A stretch of DNA of 48,110 nt from Candidatus Giovannonibacteria bacterium RIFOXYD1_FULL_48_21 (GCA_001778985.1 MFIU01000001.1:1-48110), one strand, 5' to 3'. Positions 25,920 through 36,463 are shown, numbered from the stretch's first letter. The notes: generated from the sequence alone by a model not told the origin. Program-made: numbers and translations.

Positions 25920-28900
25920 TCAAGCAATATCGCAAAACCTTGCCAATTTCGGATACCGGCGGGCGTACCAGGTTTCCACCTCGCGGATGTCGTCTTTGTT
26001 CAGGCCGTACATTTCATACACCAATTTATCAATCTCTTTCTGCTCGCCCGACATATAATCGTAGCGCGGATTTTGTTTTTGTTTGGAGATGATTTGCGCG
26101 ACTAATTCTTGAATTCTTGAATTTTTAGAAATACAAAAAGAGATTTCTTTAATTGGATCCTCGGAAACATTTACCGAGTGGTTAATTCCAATTTTAAAAA
26201 GATATTTAACCAACTTTGAACAAATCTCTCCAAGTGTTTGCTCTGTATCAAATCCAGTGAAAATACCCGAACCTGCGACATTATATGGGCCGGGATTATT
26301 TATTCTAAAAGTTGGAGCATACATTCCTGTATGCGACAAGGTTATACCCTCCAAAAAATAAGTTTCTGGATTTCTAATTACTGCGCCGCTTTCTCTGTCA
26401 TGTAATTTGTTAACTGCTTCATAACCCCAATCAATAAAGTATTCTAAGGGCTGCCAATAATTTGGCAGAAATCCGCTTTCCGCATCACTTTCTCCGCCCT
26501 TATCATGCGGCGCGATGTATCTGCCGCTAAACCATAAATCCGGGTCAAACGGCTTTTCTGTTTTTGATTTGTGTAGGCCTTTTTCAATTACCTTCAGGCG
26601 CAATTTTTCGTCTCCGGAAATTTTTTTCAAGTCATCTTCGGTAAGCAAAAATTCCGTATAATCGCCGATACTGCGGTAACTGCCCCGCGCTTCGGGATTT
26701 TGAAAAAGATACGCTTGATTATCACCAGTTTGCAATCCAACTTTTACATCAGCGATATCGCCAAACCGCGCTACTTCAACAATTTTGCCGTTAAACTCAA
26801 TCTGTCTAACCTTCACTTTTTTCTTTTCAATTTCCCCAACCTCTTTTTCCGCTGTTTTTGCGCTTGTGTCATTCATTAAGGCGAACAATTTCGGACTGCC
26901 GACAAAAAATGGAATGTTGGAATTTGTTTCAATTAAACCCTGCTTGTAGCGGTAAACCGCTTTTTTGGGGGTTGAAACTTCTTGCTTGCCCGCCGAAGCT
27001 TTAGCGAAGGCAGGCGGTTCATCCAAAGAATAAAGATATTCGTCCAACTCGTTAGTGTTTTTCTCGGCGCGGGTAAAATCGCAGGCGACAAGCTCATTTT
27101 CTTCGCGCTTTTTTGCATTTTCAAAAATTATTCTTTCGCCTTGTTTGCCGCTCGCCCGGCCGCGCTCGGATTTCTCCGCGATCAAAATGCTTGTATTGAC
27201 CGTCGCCCCGAAAAGCCACGGCGGCATCATAATAAGATGGAAAACTTTTGCATTGTCCAGCATAAAACGGCGCAAGGGTTTGTGGGTTTTAATGGTCTGC
27301 CAAGTGTCGGAGGTGATAAAACTCAAAATCCCGCCAACTTTAAGCAAATCTTGAAATACCATTGCCATAAAAACCCCGTAGGAATCCTTTGAGCCGAGGC
27401 CGTAGCGTTCCTTTCCCTTTTCCATTGATTCGTTTTTTACGCCGTAAGGTGGGTTGCCAAGCACAATGTCAAAACCGCCGCGGTCGTGGTCGGCAAAATA
27501 TTCCACTAAATCAATAAGCCACACGAACGAGAGTTTATCGTGATGGGCATCATATTTCTTGACCACAAGCTGTCCTTTAATCTGTTTAATAAGCGACGCC
27601 CTTCCAACGGCTTCCATATTTTGCATGCTTTTCTTAACATTAATACTGGGTCCGAAACCTAATTCTGCCTGCGATACTTCTTGCGGTGCCTCGCGTTCTA
27701 AAATATCTATCGTCAATTCTAGGCGTTCCTTAGCTATATTTTGTCGCAATTTTTCTTTTTTACTTTCATTATCTGCGTAAAAATAATCTCCTTTGAGTAA
27801 ACGAATTCTTTCACGCTTTTGTTCTATCGCTGCGTCCGCACGGTATCCTCGCAAATCACGGAATGCCATAACTTGCTCGCCGACCAGATGGTCAATAATA
27901 CTATCGCCCCGAAACACTTTGTAAGTAAGATTTGGCAGGGTTGGAATTGGTTTGCCAACTTCTCTTTCATAATCAACCGCGAGCGAGAGCCAAAGCCGGA
28001 GTTCGCATAAATGCACCGCTTGACGCAAAATATCTACTCCGATCAGGTTTTTTTTGATGATTTCCTCTTTGAGCGTGTAGTTAAAATTTGTCCGAGTTGC
28101 TCCCGCTTCCCCGACTTTTAAGGACAGGAGTCGGCGTATGCCGACTAGAATCTGAAGCGACCCCAAGAGAAACGCGCCGGAACCAACGGCTGGGTCGCAA
28201 ATGGAAATCTCTTTTACTACATCTAAAAGCGCGCGACATTCTGTCTTTGATAGAGACAGTTTTTCGGCTTGCTTCTCGTCTGGAAAATCATCAACCGCAA
28301 GGTCAATAAGTTCTCTCGCATTGGCTATGTCAATACCGGCCTGCGCCGCAAGCCGCCGCGCAATTGCCTCGCGGCACATATAAAACACGGCGACGCGCGG
28401 GGTATAGTAGCTCCCGGTGGCGCGACGAAGTTCTTTTTCAAGTTCCGCCTCGCCTTTTTCCATCACTTTCTCCATACGCAAAACCAGCTCTTCAAAAATC
28501 CGTCCCAGCATTTCCGGATCAACAGCCACCTCGACAGAACTTGGCGAAGATTCTTCTATGGTGAAATTGAAACGATTGAAAAGATTCTCAAAAAGGCCCT
28601 GAAAAAAAGAATTTGGAATAGAAACCAGAAAAAGATACTTCGGCTCGGCTCCGAAAAGACCGCCGTTCAAAAACGGAATCTCGCCGAGTTCTTCGTATTT
28701 TTTACCGCGGGCAGGATTTGAAAGAAGGTCAAATAACGGATTTACGGCCTCCAGCCAATATGAGTTTTTGTCCTCAAAATACGGCTGAAATTTGTCATAC
28801 AGATAGTCCTTGTTGTTATCAAGCCAGCCCTTCTGTTCAATGAATTTAAGAAAGATGAGGCGGTTAAGAATGATTTGCGCGACGTCCAAAATTTTCTTTT

Positions 28901-29492
28901 TATCATAACTGTATTCTTTGTGACGCGCTTTTTTAATAATCTCCGCGAGTTCCAAAAACTTTTCGGCAAAAGTGCGGAAAAAATCCATTGTAACCGCTTC
29001 AACATCAAAAGCGGACTTCATTTTGTCAATCAGTGTTTGTGTTGTGTCAGAGGAGCCGACCCTTAAAAGCGCGAGGCGGTCCTGGGTTGTCCGGAGACGC
29101 TTTCGGTTAATTGGCGTTATGGAAAAACGCCGTAGTTCCAATCGGCTGCCGCTTGAACGCGCATTCACGAAATGCCAAAACTCTCCGTCTTCCGCGCAGA
29201 ACACAAATAATTTCGCGTCTCTCTCGTGTTTGGGAACTGCGTTGATGAAGTCTCTTTCTATCGCGCGCAGGGAAGCGTCTTTTTTCCAAATAGCATCGTT
29301 TGAATCAAGCTTGATTCTCGCTAAAATGACTTCAAATCCATCATGGCCTGCGACAATCTTTTTCTCTAATAACTTTTCTTCTGTTTCCGCCGGTAATGTT
29401 AATTCCAAACCGCCAGTTGCCGCCCGATAGCCAAGCTCTTCAATAACAATTTGCTTTAAATCTCTTTCTGTTTTTAATTCAGATAAATTCAT
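25920..29492 (-). CDS. Eco57I/type IIG-like N6-adenine DNA methyltransferase with TRD
   Basis: FLNGGLF, LG.IFE, GSYYTP, DPAVGSGAF (motif I), GNPPY (motif IV). Confidence 0.9.
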   Translation of the reverse strand: MNLSELKTERDLKQIVIEELGYRAATGGLELTLPAETEEKLLEKKIVAGHDGFEVILARIKLDSNDAIWKKDASLRAIERDFINAVPKHERDAKLFVFCAEDGEFWHFVNARSSGSRLELRRFSITPINRKRLRTTQDRLALLRVGSSDTTQTLIDKMKSAFDVEAVTMDFFRTFAEKFLELAEIIKKARHKEYSYDKKKILDVAQIILNRLIFLKFIEQKGWLDNNKDYLYDKFQPYFEDKNSYWLEAVNPLFDLLSNPARGKKYEELGEIPFLNGGLFGAEPKYLFLVSIPNSFFQGLFENLFNRFNFTIEESSPSSVEVAVDPEMLGRIFEELVLRMEKVMEKGEAELEKELRRATGSYYTPRVAVFYMCREAIARRLAAQAGIDIANARELIDLAVDDFPDEKQAEKLSLSKTECRALLDVVKEISICDPAVGSGAFLLGSLQILVGIRRLLSLKVGEAGATRTNFNYTLKEEIIKKNLIGVDILRQAVHLCELRLWLSLAVDYEREVGKPIPTLPNLTYKVFRGDSIIDHLVGEQVMAFRDLRGYRADAAIEQKRERIRLLKGDYFYADNESKKEKLRQNIAKERLELTIDILEREAPQEVSQAELGFGPSINVKKSMQNMEAVGRASLIKQIKGQLVVKKYDAHHDKLSFVWLIDLVEYFADHDRGGFDIVLGNPPYGVKNESMEKGKERYGLGSKDSYGVFMAMVFQDLLKVGGILSFITSDTWQTIKTHKPLRRFMLDNAKVFHLIMMPPWLFGATVNTSILIAEKSERGRASGKQGERIIFENAKKREENELVACDFTRAEKNTNELDEYLYSLDEPPAFAKASAGKQEVSTPKKAVYRYKQGLIETNSNIPFFVGSPKLFALMNDTSAKTAEKEVGEIEKKKVKVRQIEFNGKIVEVARFGDIADVKVGLQTGDNQAYLFQNPEARGSYRSIGDYTEFLLTEDDLKKISGDEKLRLKVIEKGLHKSKTEKPFDPDLWFSGRYIAPHDKGGESDAESGFLPNYWQPLEYFIDWGYEAVNKLHDRESGAVIRNPETYFLEGITLSHTGMYAPTFRINNPGPYNVAGSGIFTGFDTEQTLGEICSKLVKYLFKIGINHSVNVSEDPIKEISFCISKNSRIQELVAQIISKQKQNPRYDYMSGEQKEIDKLVYEMYGLNKDDIREVETWYARRYPKLARFCDIA

Positions 29493-29639
29493 AATGCTTG
29501 TGCCTCTTTAGCGTTTGCCATAATTATTTTAGTAAATCAGAAATACGCACATCAAAGATCCGCGTGTCTTTAATAAGCACTCTAAACCTATCCAGCAGGG
29601 TCTGGTTCTTTTCGTTTGTAATAAAAGTTAAGTCTGAGC

Positions 29640-29834
29640 TCATTTTTTATGTATTATTTTTAATATATCGTCTTTTTTATAGCGTCTATCTTTTCTGGTA
29701 CCAAATCGAATCGCCCTAAGTATTCCTTTATTATCCCAGTTTCTTAAGGTGTTCGGATGGCAATTAAGAAGGCGGCAAGCCTGCTTCAAAGTGAGGATGT
29801 CCGGTAACTTGTCTTGCTTGAAAGCTCGCGTCAT
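29640..29834 (-). CDS. MerR/excisionase-like HTH DNA-binding protein
   Basis: LTLKQACRLLNCHPNTLRNWD...RRY. Confidence 0.8.
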   Translation of the reverse strand: MTRAFKQDKLPDILTLKQACRLLNCHPNTLRNWDNKGILRAIRFGTRKDRRYKKDDILKIIHKK

Positions 29835-29910
29835 AAATTACCATAAGTTTACATCTACAGAAACGCCAAGTAAAGCAAAAACAGAAGCTCTCGCCTCTGT
29901 TTGTGCACGA

Positions 29911-29986
29911 TGGGGTGCCTATCGGGATTTGAACCCGAACCGAGAGTTCCACAAACTCTAGTGCTGACCATTACACTATAGGCACC
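29911..29986 (-). tRNA. tRNA-His(GTG)
   Basis: G-1, AGAGT TT GTG GA ACTCT, C73 and encoded CCA. Confidence 0.95.
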
Positions 29987-30035
29987 ATATAAAAAATAAG
30001 AGTCAAAGCTCGAAAATCAAAACTTTGATTTGGCT

Positions 30036-30287
30036 TTATTCTTCTACCTTCGAGACCGAGGCCCCTTCTTTGGTTTTCTGCGAAATCTTGATGGCGACTT
30101 CCTGCCCCGCTTGAGCGGACATCACCGGCGCGTGCTCCACCTGCATGGACTCCACGATGTCGGTAAATTCGCTCTCGCCCTTCTTGATTTTAATCGCGTC
30201 CCCGGTCGCGAGCGAACCCGAAAGCCGCACCACCGCCACCCCGAGCTTGTCGTAATAATGGATGACTTTGCCGATTTCTTTCTCCAT
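30036..30287 (-). CDS. Small translation-factor-like beta-barrel protein
   Basis: IGKVIHYYDKLGVA...SMQ.EH..V..A..G motif (EF-Tu domain 2 / U32-C-like). Confidence 0.75.
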   Translation of the reverse strand: MEKEIGKVIHYYDKLGVAVVRLSGSLATGDAIKIKKGESEFTDIVESMQVEHAPVMSAQAGQEVAIKISQKTKEGASVSKVEE

Positions 30288-30324
30288 ACTTTTATCCTAC
30301 ATCAGCCTAAAAAGAGGTCAAATG

Positions 30325-30409
30325 TGCGCGGGAGAGGACTTGCACCTCCACGTCCTTGCGGACACCAGCCCCTCAAGCTGGCCTGTCTTCTAAGTTTCAG
30401 CACCCGCGC
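30325..30409 (-). tRNA. tRNA-Leu(GAG), atypical D and T loops
   Basis: CCAGC TT GAG GG GCTGG; long variable arm; T-loop TGCAAGT; D-loop AG instead of GG. Confidence 0.85.
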
Positions 30410-30413
30410 GTGT

Positions 30414-30818
30414 TTATTGCGGAGCCGCGACAGTCGTCTGACGCGTCTTTCGTCTGATTTCGCGGGCCGCCTTCTCCCTGATGTAGTATAGTTTCGCCCT
30501 CCGGACGTGGCCGCGTTTCAAAATTTCAATTTTTTCAATCGCTGGAGAGTACAGAGGGAAAATCCGCTCCACGCCGATTCCTTCGGAAATTTTTCGAACG
30601 GTAAAAGTCGCGCCCGGCTCCGTGCCGTGTTTTCGCGCGAGTACCAGTCCCTCAAAAGCCTGCGAGCGCAGCTTGTCCGCCTCGGCTCCGCCTTTGCGAG
30701 ACGGGTCGCCTTCTTTAATTTTCTGCCAAACCCGAACCGCGTCCCCTGCCCGAAAATCCAGCTTCTTCCTCGCCTCAATATCCACCGGAGAAAATTTGGT
30801 GTCCAAAACCGAAGTCAT
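30414..30818 (-). CDS. rplS: 50S ribosomal protein L19 (with 10-aa insertion)
   Basis: [38 protein letters not shown]; start ATG 30818. Confidence 0.95.
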   Translation of the reverse strand: MTSVLDTKFSPVDIEARKKLDFRAGDAVRVWQKIKEGDPSRKGGAEADKLRSQAFEGLVLARKHGTEPGATFTVRKISEGIGVERIFPLYSPAIEKIEILKRGHVRRAKLYYIREKAAREIRRKTRQTTVAAPQ

Positions 30819-31474
30819 AACCTTTCTTTTGTAACATTTTCCAAAACATTTTTCAAGTCGCGAGGAAGTTCGGCTTCTAAACGAATCCGAGTCCCAGAGG
30901 GCAGTGTTAATTCCAGCGAAAAAGCGTGCAAAAACTGCCGCGCGAGGCCGGCGGGACAAAGAAACGTTTTTCTCCCGGAATAAAGCTTGTCACAAGCCAC
31001 GGGATGACCGATGGCGGCGAAATGCGAACGAATCTGGTGGGTGCGCCCGGTTTTAGGAAAGGCCTCAACGAGCGTAAACCCGTCCAGACGTTTCAGAACC
31101 ACGTATTCCGTGGCGGCTTCTCTTATTGTCCCCCTTCGCTCTCCGATGGCCACTCGCTTCAATGGCGTTTTTTTAGAGCGGCCGATGGCAAGTTCTATTT
31201 TCCCCTCTCGCTCTTTTATATTCCCTACCACCAAAGCCAAATATGATTTTTTAATCTCGCGGTTTTTGAAAAGTCCGCGCAGATACTCCTGCGCTTTTTC
31301 GTTTTTCGCAAACAAAATAATTCCGGAAGTGTCTTTGTCGAGCCTATGCACCACAAAAAGTTCCGGTCTATCTTCCAACGCCCAGTCAAAATTAACTCCC
31401 GCGGGCTTCGCGAGCGCAAGAATATCCGCGTCTTCGTAGATTATTTTTAAATCATTCAAGATACGCGTTATCAA
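30815..31474 (-). CDS. RluA-family pseudouridine synthase
   Basis: [24 protein letters not shown]. Confidence 0.92.
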   Translation of the reverse strand: MITRILNDLKIIYEDADILALAKPAGVNFDWALEDRPELFVVHRLDKDTSGIILFAKNEKAQEYLRGLFKNREIKKSYLALVVGNIKEREGKIELAIGRSKKTPLKRVAIGERRGTIREAATEYVVLKRLDGFTLVEAFPKTGRTHQIRSHFAAIGHPVACDKLYSGRKTFLCPAGLARQFLHAFSLELTLPSGTRIRLEAELPRDLKNVLENVTKERL

Positions 31475-31721
31475 CCCAGCACCAAATCCAAGTTAAAGGC
31501 GTGCCGGCGGGGAGAGGAACAATAATTGGATGGCCTGTTTTCTCGTAATGCTCGCGGTTATGGGCTTGGTGCGACTCGCAGCAAAAAACTCCTCCGCAGG
31601 AAGTGCAAAGTCGGAGATTCTCCCGCTCGCCGCAGACTCCGCAGGCTTTTTTCTCGGTCTGGGTTATTTTTATCTCCGAAAGATGCGGGCAATTTTCTTT
31701 TTTTATTTTTTGCGATGACAT
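31452..31721 (-). CDS. UBP-type zinc finger protein
   Basis: CPH...CGVC...LRLCTSCG...CC...H...H....HP. Confidence 0.8.
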   Translation of the reverse strand: MSSQKIKKENCPHLSEIKITQTEKKACGVCGERENLRLCTSCGGVFCCESHQAHNREHYEKTGHPIIVPLPAGTPLTWIWCWVDNAYLE

Positions 31722-31734
31722 TGAATTTAAGATG

Positions 31735-31806
31735 TGCGCGGTAGAAGGATCGAACTTCTGGCCTCGTCGATGTCAACGACGCGCTCTACCACTGAGCTAA
31801 CCGCGC
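31735..31806 (-). tRNA. tRNA-Val(GAC)
   Basis: CGTCG TT GAC AT CGACG. Confidence 0.95.
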
Positions 31807-31826
31807 AGAAAATTAAAAAAGTTTAC

Positions 31827-32035
31827 TCACGAGAGAACAATAGGGGTCTTCCCACGCTGGATCCCAAGCAAAGAATGGAATGGTATGTTATCAATTTTGG
31901 TGGCCATTATGAAATCATTCTCCGAAAGGCCGCTGATGGCGTGGGCGGTCAAGTCAATCCGTACCTTATTATAGGATATCAGAATGTCGGGGTGGTGGCC
32001 TTCTTCCTCGGCAAGCACAGCGATATTGAATAAAA
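31827..32035 (-). pseudogene. Pterin-4a-carbinolamine dehydratase fragment (N-terminus missing)
   Basis: LAEEEGHHPD...H..SGLSENDF.MA.KID; no room for the N-terminal half before tRNA-Glu. Confidence 0.7.
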
Positions 32036-32065
32036 AGAAAATATCCTATATTATAATGTAATTCT

Positions 32066-32140
32066 GGCCCTATCGTCTAGCCTGGTCTAGGACACAAGCT
32101 TTTCAAGCTTGGTACCCGGGTTCAAATCCCGGTGGGGCCG
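32066..32140 (+). tRNA. tRNA-Glu(TTC)
   Basis: CAAGC TT TTC AA GCTTG. Confidence 0.95.
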
Positions 32141-32143
32141 CAG

Positions 32144-33141
32144 ATGAAAATCCTAGCCATTGAAACTTCCTGCGATGAAACCGCGATTGCCGTGCTCGAA
32201 GCCCGCGAAACTAAAAGCGGAGTCGATTTCAAAATTCTCTCAAATCAAATCGCTTCGCAGATAAAAATCCACGCGCCTTATGGCGGAGTGGTGCCAAATT
32301 TAGCCAAGCGGGAACATAGAAAAAAACTGCCTATTTTATTGAAGCGCATCCGATTCAAACCTGACGCAATTGCGGTTACTTGCGGCCCGGGGCTCGAACC
32401 CGCCTTATGGGAAGGAATCGAGTTCGCTAAAGCGCTTTCAAAAAAATGGCGGGTGCCGCTCGTTCCGGTAAATCATCTGGAAGGACACATATATTCCGCA
32501 TCTATGCGGAATGACAAATTTCTAATTTCTAATATCCAAATCTTTCCGCTTCTGACTCTCATTGTCTCCGGAGGGCACACGGAACTCGTGCTTTCCAAAA
32601 AGCATCTGGATTATAAAATCTTGGGCGAGACCTTGGATGATGCAGCCGGGGAAGCTTTTGATAAAGTCGCGAGGATGCTTGGGCTTGGATATCCGGAGGT
32701 CCGGAAATTTCGAAACTCGCGAAAAAAGGAAACCCTGACGCCATAAATTTCCCGCGGCCAATGCTCCATTCCAAAGATTTAAATTTTTCTTTTTCGGGAC
32801 TCAAAACCGCTGTTTTATACTTTCTGCGTGATAATCAAAAAATTTCAAAAGCCGACGTAGGTGCCTCTTTCGAGCAAGCCGTGGTGGACGTTTTGGTAAA
32901 AAAAACTCTGGAGGCAGTTAAAATTTACAAACCGAAAACCGTGGCTTTGGGCGGCGGTGTCGCGGCCAATTCCCGACTTCGTCAAGAATTTTCTAAAAGA
33001 TTAAACGTTCTGCTGCCTGAAAAAAAATTCACCGGCGACAACGCCGCCATGATTGCGGTCGCCGGGTATTATCGCTGGAAAGCCAGAAAATTCGTCAAAA
33101 ATCATGAAAATCTACGCGCCGTCGGCAATTTAAAGCTATAA
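32144..33141 (+). CDS. tsaD: tRNA t6A37 transferase TsaD, with a 1-nt frameshift near 32694
   Basis: [33 protein letters not shown]; then [20 protein letters not shown] in another frame; GYPGGP is missing one base. Confidence 0.9.
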
Positions 33142-33147
33142 TTAGAT

Positions 33148-35286
33148 ATGCCTTCTGATTTCGACAAACCATACGATCCGAAAGCGGTGGAGCCGGAGAT
33201 TTATGAGAAATGGGAGAAATCCGGTTTTTTTAACCCGGACAAACTTCCAAAGAAATGGACTAAAACCTTCACTATTATTATGCCGCCGCCGAACGCGAAC
33301 GGCGCTTTGCATATCGGACACGCGGTTTTCGTAACTTTAGAGGATATCATGACGCGCTTCGAACGGATGCGCGGCAAAAAAACCTTGTGGCTCCCTGGCG
33401 CGGACCATGCCGGTTTCGAAACTCAAGTGGTTTTTGACAAAAAACTTGAAAAAGAAGGCAGGAGCCGCTTCAAAATCCCGCGCGAAGAGCTCTACAAGGA
33501 AATGCTTTCTTTCACGCTTGAAAACAAAAAAATAATGGAAACACAGTTGCGAAAGCTGGGGGCGTCCTGCGACTGGTCTCGCGAAAAATTCACGCTTGAC
33601 CCTGAAATCATCACAACCGTCTATGACACTTTCAAAAAACTTTACGGCGACGGCTTGGTGTATCGCGAAAATAAAATCGTAAATTGGTGCACCAAACATC
33701 AAACCACCCTCTCGGACTTGGAGGTGAAATACGTGGAGCGAAAAGACCCGCTTTACTACATTCGATACGGGCCGGTAACGCTCGCCACGGTGCGGCTGGA
33801 AACGAAATTCGGCGATACGGCCGTGGCCGTTAATCCCAAAGACAAACGCTATAAAAATTTGGTCGGAAAAGAGATTGAAATTAAAACCCTTTTGGGACCG
33901 GCCAAAATAAAGGTGATCGCGGACGGAGCGGTGGACCAGAAATTCGGCACGGGCGCGGTCAAAGTGACGCCAGCGCATGACCCGAACGACTTTGAAATTT
34001 GGAAACGGCACAAAGACGAAATTCCCGGGCCCCGCGTAGTGATTGATCAATACGGCCGGATGGACCTGCGAGAGTTCTGGGACCGGCCCAATTCCAAAAA
34101 ATATCACGGGCTTAAAGTCATGGAAGCGAGAAAAATAATGGAAGAAGACATGCAAAAAGAAGGGCTGATGGTAAAAATTGACCCGGATTACGCCCACGCG
34201 GTCGCCACCTGCTACAAATGCGGGACAATTCTGGAGCCGAGAATTTTGCCGCAGTGGTTTGTCCGCATGACCGCGAAACCATCGCTTCGCGATTTGGCGG
34301 TTAGGGCTGTTAAAAAAGGGGAGGTCAAATTCATTCCAGCGAGAACGGAAAAAATTTTCATGCACTGGATGAAAAACCTCCGCGACTGGAACATCTCGCG
34401 CCAAATCGTCTGGGGCATTCGCATCCCCGCTTGGTATTGTGGATGCGCTGAAATAATAGTTTCCCCAGACCCCCCAGCCAAATGCCCCAAGTGCGGCTCA
34501 AAAAATCTTGTCCAAGACCCGGATGTTTTTGACACTTGGTTCTCTTCCGGCCAGTGGCCGTTCGCCACGCTCGGCTACCCCAACGGCAAAGATTTCAAAA
34601 CTTTCTATCCCACGGATGTGATGGAAACCGGGCACGACATCCTCTTTTTTTGGGTGGCAAGGATGATTATGCTCGGGCTTTATCGTACCGGCAAAATTCC
34701 TTTCCGAACGGTTTATCTCCACGGCCTCGTTCGCGACAAGGACCGCCAGAAAATGTCCAAATCCAAAGACAACGTTATCGACCCTTTGGGCGTGGCCGAG
34801 CTTTACGGGACGGACGCCCTGCGCCTCGCGCTCGTCATCGGGAACACGGCGGGAAACGACATTATCATCTCCGAAGAAAAAATCCGCGGGTACAGAAACT
34901 TCGCGAATAAAATCTGGAACGCCACTCGCTTTGTTTTACAAGAAATCAAGAAATCTCCGCCAAAGGCGGAAAAAAGTGATAAAATAAAACTAGGAAAGCT
35001 AAAACGCCTCGTGAAAGAAACCACTCGCGACCTTGAAAGCCATCGTTTTCACCACGCGGCCGAGCATTTGTATCATTTTTTCTGGCATTACTACGCGGAC
35101 AAGGTCATTGAGGAGATGAAGAAAAAACCGAATCCGCTCCTGCTTTTGGAATTTCATCGAACTCTGATAAAGCTCCTGCATCCTTTCCTGCCGCACATCA
35201 CCGAAAAAATCTGGGAGGAACTTCCTGGACCCGCTGGCGGAAAAAATAAAAAACTTCTGATGATAGAATCATGGCCCAAGCCTTAA
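33148..35286 (+). CDS. valS: Valine--tRNA ligase (short, lacks the C-terminal coiled coil)
   Basis: PPPNANGALHIGH, WNISRQ, DTWFSS, KMSKS. Confidence 0.95.
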   Translation: MPSDFDKPYDPKAVEPEIYEKWEKSGFFNPDKLPKKWTKTFTIIMPPPNANGALHIGHAVFVTLEDIMTRFERMRGKKTLWLPGADHAGFETQVVFDKKLEKEGRSRFKIPREELYKEMLSFTLENKKIMETQLRKLGASCDWSREKFTLDPEIITTVYDTFKKLYGDGLVYRENKIVNWCTKHQTTLSDLEVKYVERKDPLYYIRYGPVTLATVRLETKFGDTAVAVNPKDKRYKNLVGKEIEIKTLLGPAKIKVIADGAVDQKFGTGAVKVTPAHDPNDFEIWKRHKDEIPGPRVVIDQYGRMDLREFWDRPNSKKYHGLKVMEARKIMEEDMQKEGLMVKIDPDYAHAVATCYKCGTILEPRILPQWFVRMTAKPSLRDLAVRAVKKGEVKFIPARTEKIFMHWMKNLRDWNISRQIVWGIRIPAWYCGCAEIIVSPDPPAKCPKCGSKNLVQDPDVFDTWFSSGQWPFATLGYPNGKDFKTFYPTDVMETGHDILFFWVARMIMLGLYRTGKIPFRTVYLHGLVRDKDRQKMSKSKDNVIDPLGVAELYGTDALRLALVIGNTAGNDIIISEEKIRGYRNFANKIWNATRFVLQEIKKSPPKAEKSDKIKLGKLKRLVKETTRDLESHRFHHAAEHLYHFFWHYYADKVIEEMKKKPNPLLLLEFHRTLIKLLHPFLPHITEKIWEELPGPAGGKNKKLLMIESWPKP

Positions 35287-35990
35287 CCTTTCAGGACATA
35301 ATGCTCGTTTTTTTGACCGGTTTCCTGCCGCCCTTGTTGTGGCTTTGGTTCTGGCTGAAAGAAGACCCGCATCCGGAGCCTCGGCGCGTGCTTTTAACGA
35401 GCTTCGTTCTCGGCATGACCGCAGTTCCGGTGGTGCTCTTGGGAGAATATCTTTGGTATCGCGCCGCGATTCTCCTGGGGGTGGCCGAGCTCGGAGCCAT
35501 AACCAGCCTCGCTCTTTTGTTCCCTTGGGCTTTTCTGGAAGAGGGGGCAAAGTTTTTAGTGGCCTGGCAGGCGGATTTGAAGCGCTCGGTCTACGACGAG
35601 CCAGTGGACGCCATAATTTATCTGATAACCGTGGCTTTGGGCTTCGCGGCCATGGAAAACGTTCTTTTTCTTCTGAAATCCGCGGGCGGAAGCTTATTTC
35701 TGCTCTTGACCACGGCCGACCTCCGCTTCATCGGGGCCACGGTTCTGCACACGGTCAGCGCCGGGGTGATGGGAGTTTCCATAGCCTTTTCTTTTTTCCA
35801 CAAAGAACACCAAATGCGAAACGTCTGGGGCGGAATCATGCTGGCCACCATCTTGCACACCGCTTTCAACGCCTTTATAATAAGGGCAGAGAGTTCAGGG
35901 GCCTTATTTAAAACCTTCTTCGCCCTCTGGACCCTCGCCTTAATACTTATCTTCTTTTTTGAAAGAATAAAAAAGCTAAGAAGCCAATAA
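35271..35990 (+). CDS. prsW: PrsW-family intramembrane glutamic protease
   Basis: PEP, EEGAK, GFAAMEN, LH...HTAFN. Confidence 0.85.
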   Translation: MAQALTFQDIMLVFLTGFLPPLLWLWFWLKEDPHPEPRRVLLTSFVLGMTAVPVVLLGEYLWYRAAILLGVAELGAITSLALLFPWAFLEEGAKFLVAWQADLKRSVYDEPVDAIIYLITVALGFAAMENVLFLLKSAGGSLFLLLTTADLRFIGATVLHTVSAGVMGVSIAFSFFHKEHQMRNVWGGIMLATILHTAFNAFIIRAESSGALFKTFFALWTLALILIFFFERIKKLRSQ

Positions 35991-36004
35991 ACTAAATCTA
36001 TATT

Positions 36005-36463
36005 ATGCCAAAAGACACTCGTTCTTTTTTTGAAAAATTAACCGGCTCGGTGAAACTTAATCGAGAGCCGGAAGAAAATAACGAAACGACTCTGGCGAAA
36101 GCTTCCAAAAACACCTGGCTCGAAGCTGGCGAAGAAGGAGAGCTCACGGTGGATGTCTTTCAAACTCCGGACGAGATTATAATTCAGTCCACGGTCGCCG
36201 GAGTAAAGCCGGACGAACTTGACCTCTCTATCACTCAAGACATGGTGACTTTAAAGGGCCGGCGGCAGAAAAGCCATGAGATTTCCGAAAAAGACTATTT
36301 CTACAAAGAATTATACTGGGGTGCGTTTTCGCGAAGCATTCTCCTGCCGCAGGAAGTGGACGCGGACGCGGCTCAAGCAACTATGAAAAACGGACTTCTC
36401 ACTATCCGTCTTCCCAAGCTCGACAAAACCAAGACCCAGCGGCTCAAAGTGAAACTGGAATAG
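36005..36463 (+). CDS. Hsp20/alpha-crystallin small heat-shock protein
   Basis: VDVFQT, WGAFSRSI.LP, NGLL.I.LPK. Confidence 0.9.
   Translation: MPKDTRSFFEKLTGSVKLNREPEENNETTLAKASKNTWLEAGEEGELTVDVFQTPDEIIIQSTVAGVKPDELDLSITQDMVTLKGRRQKSHEISEKDYFYKELYWGAFSRSILLPQEVDADAAQATMKNGLLTIRLPKLDKTKTQRLKVKLE

Noticed and set aside
18446-29986. Prophage or ICE
   Set aside because: No integrase, structural or conjugation genes, and no att duplication seen
33337-34404. 355-aa antisense ORF in valS (similar ones in rpsA, pilB and pilC)
   Set aside because: Shadow ORFs opposite well-conserved genes, with no motifs
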